A model generated the notes under the pieces. It did not search any database. It was not told the DNA's origin and worked only from the letters and a program-made list of their open reading frames with translations. A stretch of DNA of 64,000 bases from Actinomycetota bacterium (lineage in GTDB: Bacteria > Actinomycetota > Actinomycetes > S36-B12). The stretch lies in the NCBI GenBank assembly GCA_017856385.1, contig JAFMFD010000006.1:3467-67466 (forward strand), given 5' to 3'. The position numbers and the translations under genes are program-made. Below, piece by piece: positions 62,411 to 64,000 of the stretch. The number at the start of each line of letters is the position of its first letter. Position 1 is the stretch's first letter.

Positions 62411-64000
62411 TCAGTTGTGGCGCGGGATGGGAAGCACGATGTCCGTCTGCACCCAGTCGTCCTCGGCCACGAACAAGGACCACTGGCCGCCGATCTGCTC
62501 AATCCTCGAGGAGCCCAACCCGGATGAGGCTGGAGTTGGCGGCGGGGTGCCGTCGTTCCGCACCCGGATCTGGATGACATCCCGAACCGGTCCCTCCACG
62601 TCGATGGTGACCTGAAGGCGATGGGCACGGCCGTGACGGCTGGCGTTCAGAGCAGCTTCCCCGATGACCTCGAAAGTGCGCGTATTGAGCGCAGGAGAGC
62701 CTGCCAGGATGCTTGTGGCCTCAGGTGTGAGCGTGATGTCCGTCTCCAGAAGGCCTCGCCACAGGTGTCGAAACTCGTCTGCACTCTGCCAAGGATCGGC
62801 GCCCGATTGGGAGGGCTCGTCGATCACGATGTCGGACTCGATCGACTCAAGAAGCTCCTTGATGCGATTCATGTTCGCCTCGCGTTGATCGGGATCCGAC
62901 GTAGGCGTGGACTGAGACTCACGGAGAAGCATCGCGGTGATGGAAAGGCGGCCTTGAATGGGACCGTGGAGCACTTGGGAGAGTTGATTCCTGACGGATT
63001 GTGCCTCGGCCTCCAGGGCCGAGAACTCCAGACGGATCTTGCTGTTGATGGTGGAGAGGCGCACCGCATCAGTGCACCGCTGGTGATTGGCGACGATCAA
63101 CGCGGTTGCCGCCACGGCCCCCAGCACCACCCATAGGCCTCCCGGCAGGTAGCGGGGCACCGATCCCGAAAACCATTCCGTCATCGCTTCGACGGGCCAG
63201 ATGCGGGCGGTGACAGCGATCACCGCAGCCGTGCCAAGGCATAGCATCACGTATGTCGCCGCTCCGGCTGTCACGCGCGCGGCGACGGGTCGACGCTCCA
63301 TGATCCGCGATCGAACACCGTTGGTGATCTGGATGAACGCGAGGAGCCAGAGCAGCGTGGTGAGGAAGCGGAGCAGGGCGCCGGACCCTCCTGGACTGAG
63401 CTCGACGGGCAGTCGTAGGCAGAATGCCAGGCCAATGGTGAGCCAGACGGGGATCGGGTTCGTCATGACGCCGACCACGAGCGTGCGCCAGGACATTGCC
63501 TCTGGGCGAGAATCCCACTCATGGACCGTTGTTCCGGCTGCCAAGGCATGACTTAGCCGACGTACTTCCTTCCGCACATCAGAGTCGATCCGTTCTGCGA
63601 TGCGCTCCAAGTCGTCGCGACCGCCGATTGACTGCACAAGGGCGAGTTCCTTGAGCAGAGCGCGGATCTGGGGGGCAACACTTTGCTGCAGTGTCATCTC
63701 AAGGCGAGCTCGATACTCAGCCAGGTGCACACGACTTGTGCGGGACAAGTGCTCGTAGCGCTGAATGCTTGCGGTCAGATTTGTGCGTTCCTTGCGATGC
63801 TCAGTGATGCTGCTCAGGAGATACGAGCCGAGGGCCTGGAGAGGGATGCCGGCAATGAGAAGACCGAGAACACTCAGATCGAACTGGGCCGCTCGAGTCG
63901 GGTCCGTGCTGAAGTGCCGAGTGAGGATGAGGGTCGCCAGGGCGCGAAGGACGCTCGCAGCCGTCCACGTCGCCAGGATCCACACCTCACGATGCCCGCT
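62411..64000 (-). CDS. Membrane sensor histidine kinase-like protein (HisKA_3 type; 5' end outside window)
   Basis: LSQVLHGPIQGRL H-box, EAALNASRHG, NDG, GLGS; frame open to window edge. Confidence 0.75.
   Translation of the reverse strand, partial: SGHREVWILATWTAASVLRALATLILTRHFSTDPTRAAQFDLSVLGLLIAGIPLQALGSYLLSSITEHRKERTNLTASIQRYEHLSRTSRVHLAEYRARLEMTLQQSVAPQIRALLKELALVQSIGGRDDLERIAERIDSDVRKEVRRLSHALAAGTTVHEWDSRPEAMSWRTLVVGVMTNPIPVWLTIGLAFCLRLPVELSPGGSGALLRFLTTLLWLLAFIQITNGVRSRIMERRPVAARVTAGAATYVMLCLGTAAVIAVTARIWPVEAMTEWFSGSVPRYLPGGLWVVLGAVAATALIVANHQRCTDAVRLSTINSKIRLEFSALEAEAQSVRNQLSQVLHGPIQGRLSITAMLLRESQSTPTSDPDQREANMNRIKELLESIESDIVIDEPSQSGADPWQSADEFRHLWRGLLETDITLTPEATSILAGSPALNTRTFEVIGEAALNASRHGRAHRLQVTIDVEGPVRDVIQIRVRNDGTPPPTPASSGLGSSRIEQIGGQWSLFVAEDDWVQTDIVLPIPRHN

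Overview
High-GC actinobacterial chromosome segment; the gene order and an actinorhodopsin suggest an aquatic Actinomycetota (inference). Most short ORFs in the six-frame track are GC-rich shadow frames; about 70 real CDSs can be supported. Housekeeping and conserved genes include pckG, argF, trmB, thpR, a whiB3-like gene, trx, dacB, clpS-DUF2017, murI, rph-rdgB, tRNA-Leu(TAG), bcp and a groES-like gene. Accessory modules include a split FluG-like gamma-glutamylation cluster, SigK-RskA-fasciclin, a TetR/KstD-like pair, vapBC, two divergent CHASE c-di-GMP enzymes, a CsoR-family/CopZ/CopA locus, a variable region 3' of tRNA-Leu, and a SAM-I riboswitch heading a threonine-synthase-like gene plus sulfur carrier. 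The most interesting leads are: (1) a DUF4436-type protein carrying pentameric ligand-gated channel (Pro-loop) motifs in an apparently permuted topology; (2) a DTE xanthorhodopsin-type pump with the antenna Gly and an upstream CRP-like box, next to a C-terminally capped CysO-like protein; (3) a His-less CsoR-family repressor with operators at copZA/cmd and at thioredoxin; (4) a 30-bp perfect REPIN-like inverted repeat between twin SigK promoters; (5) an FN3 surface gene interrupted by one in-frame TAG. No CRISPR array, rRNA, integrase or transposase was seen. All family assignments come from motif recognition by eye, not database searches.
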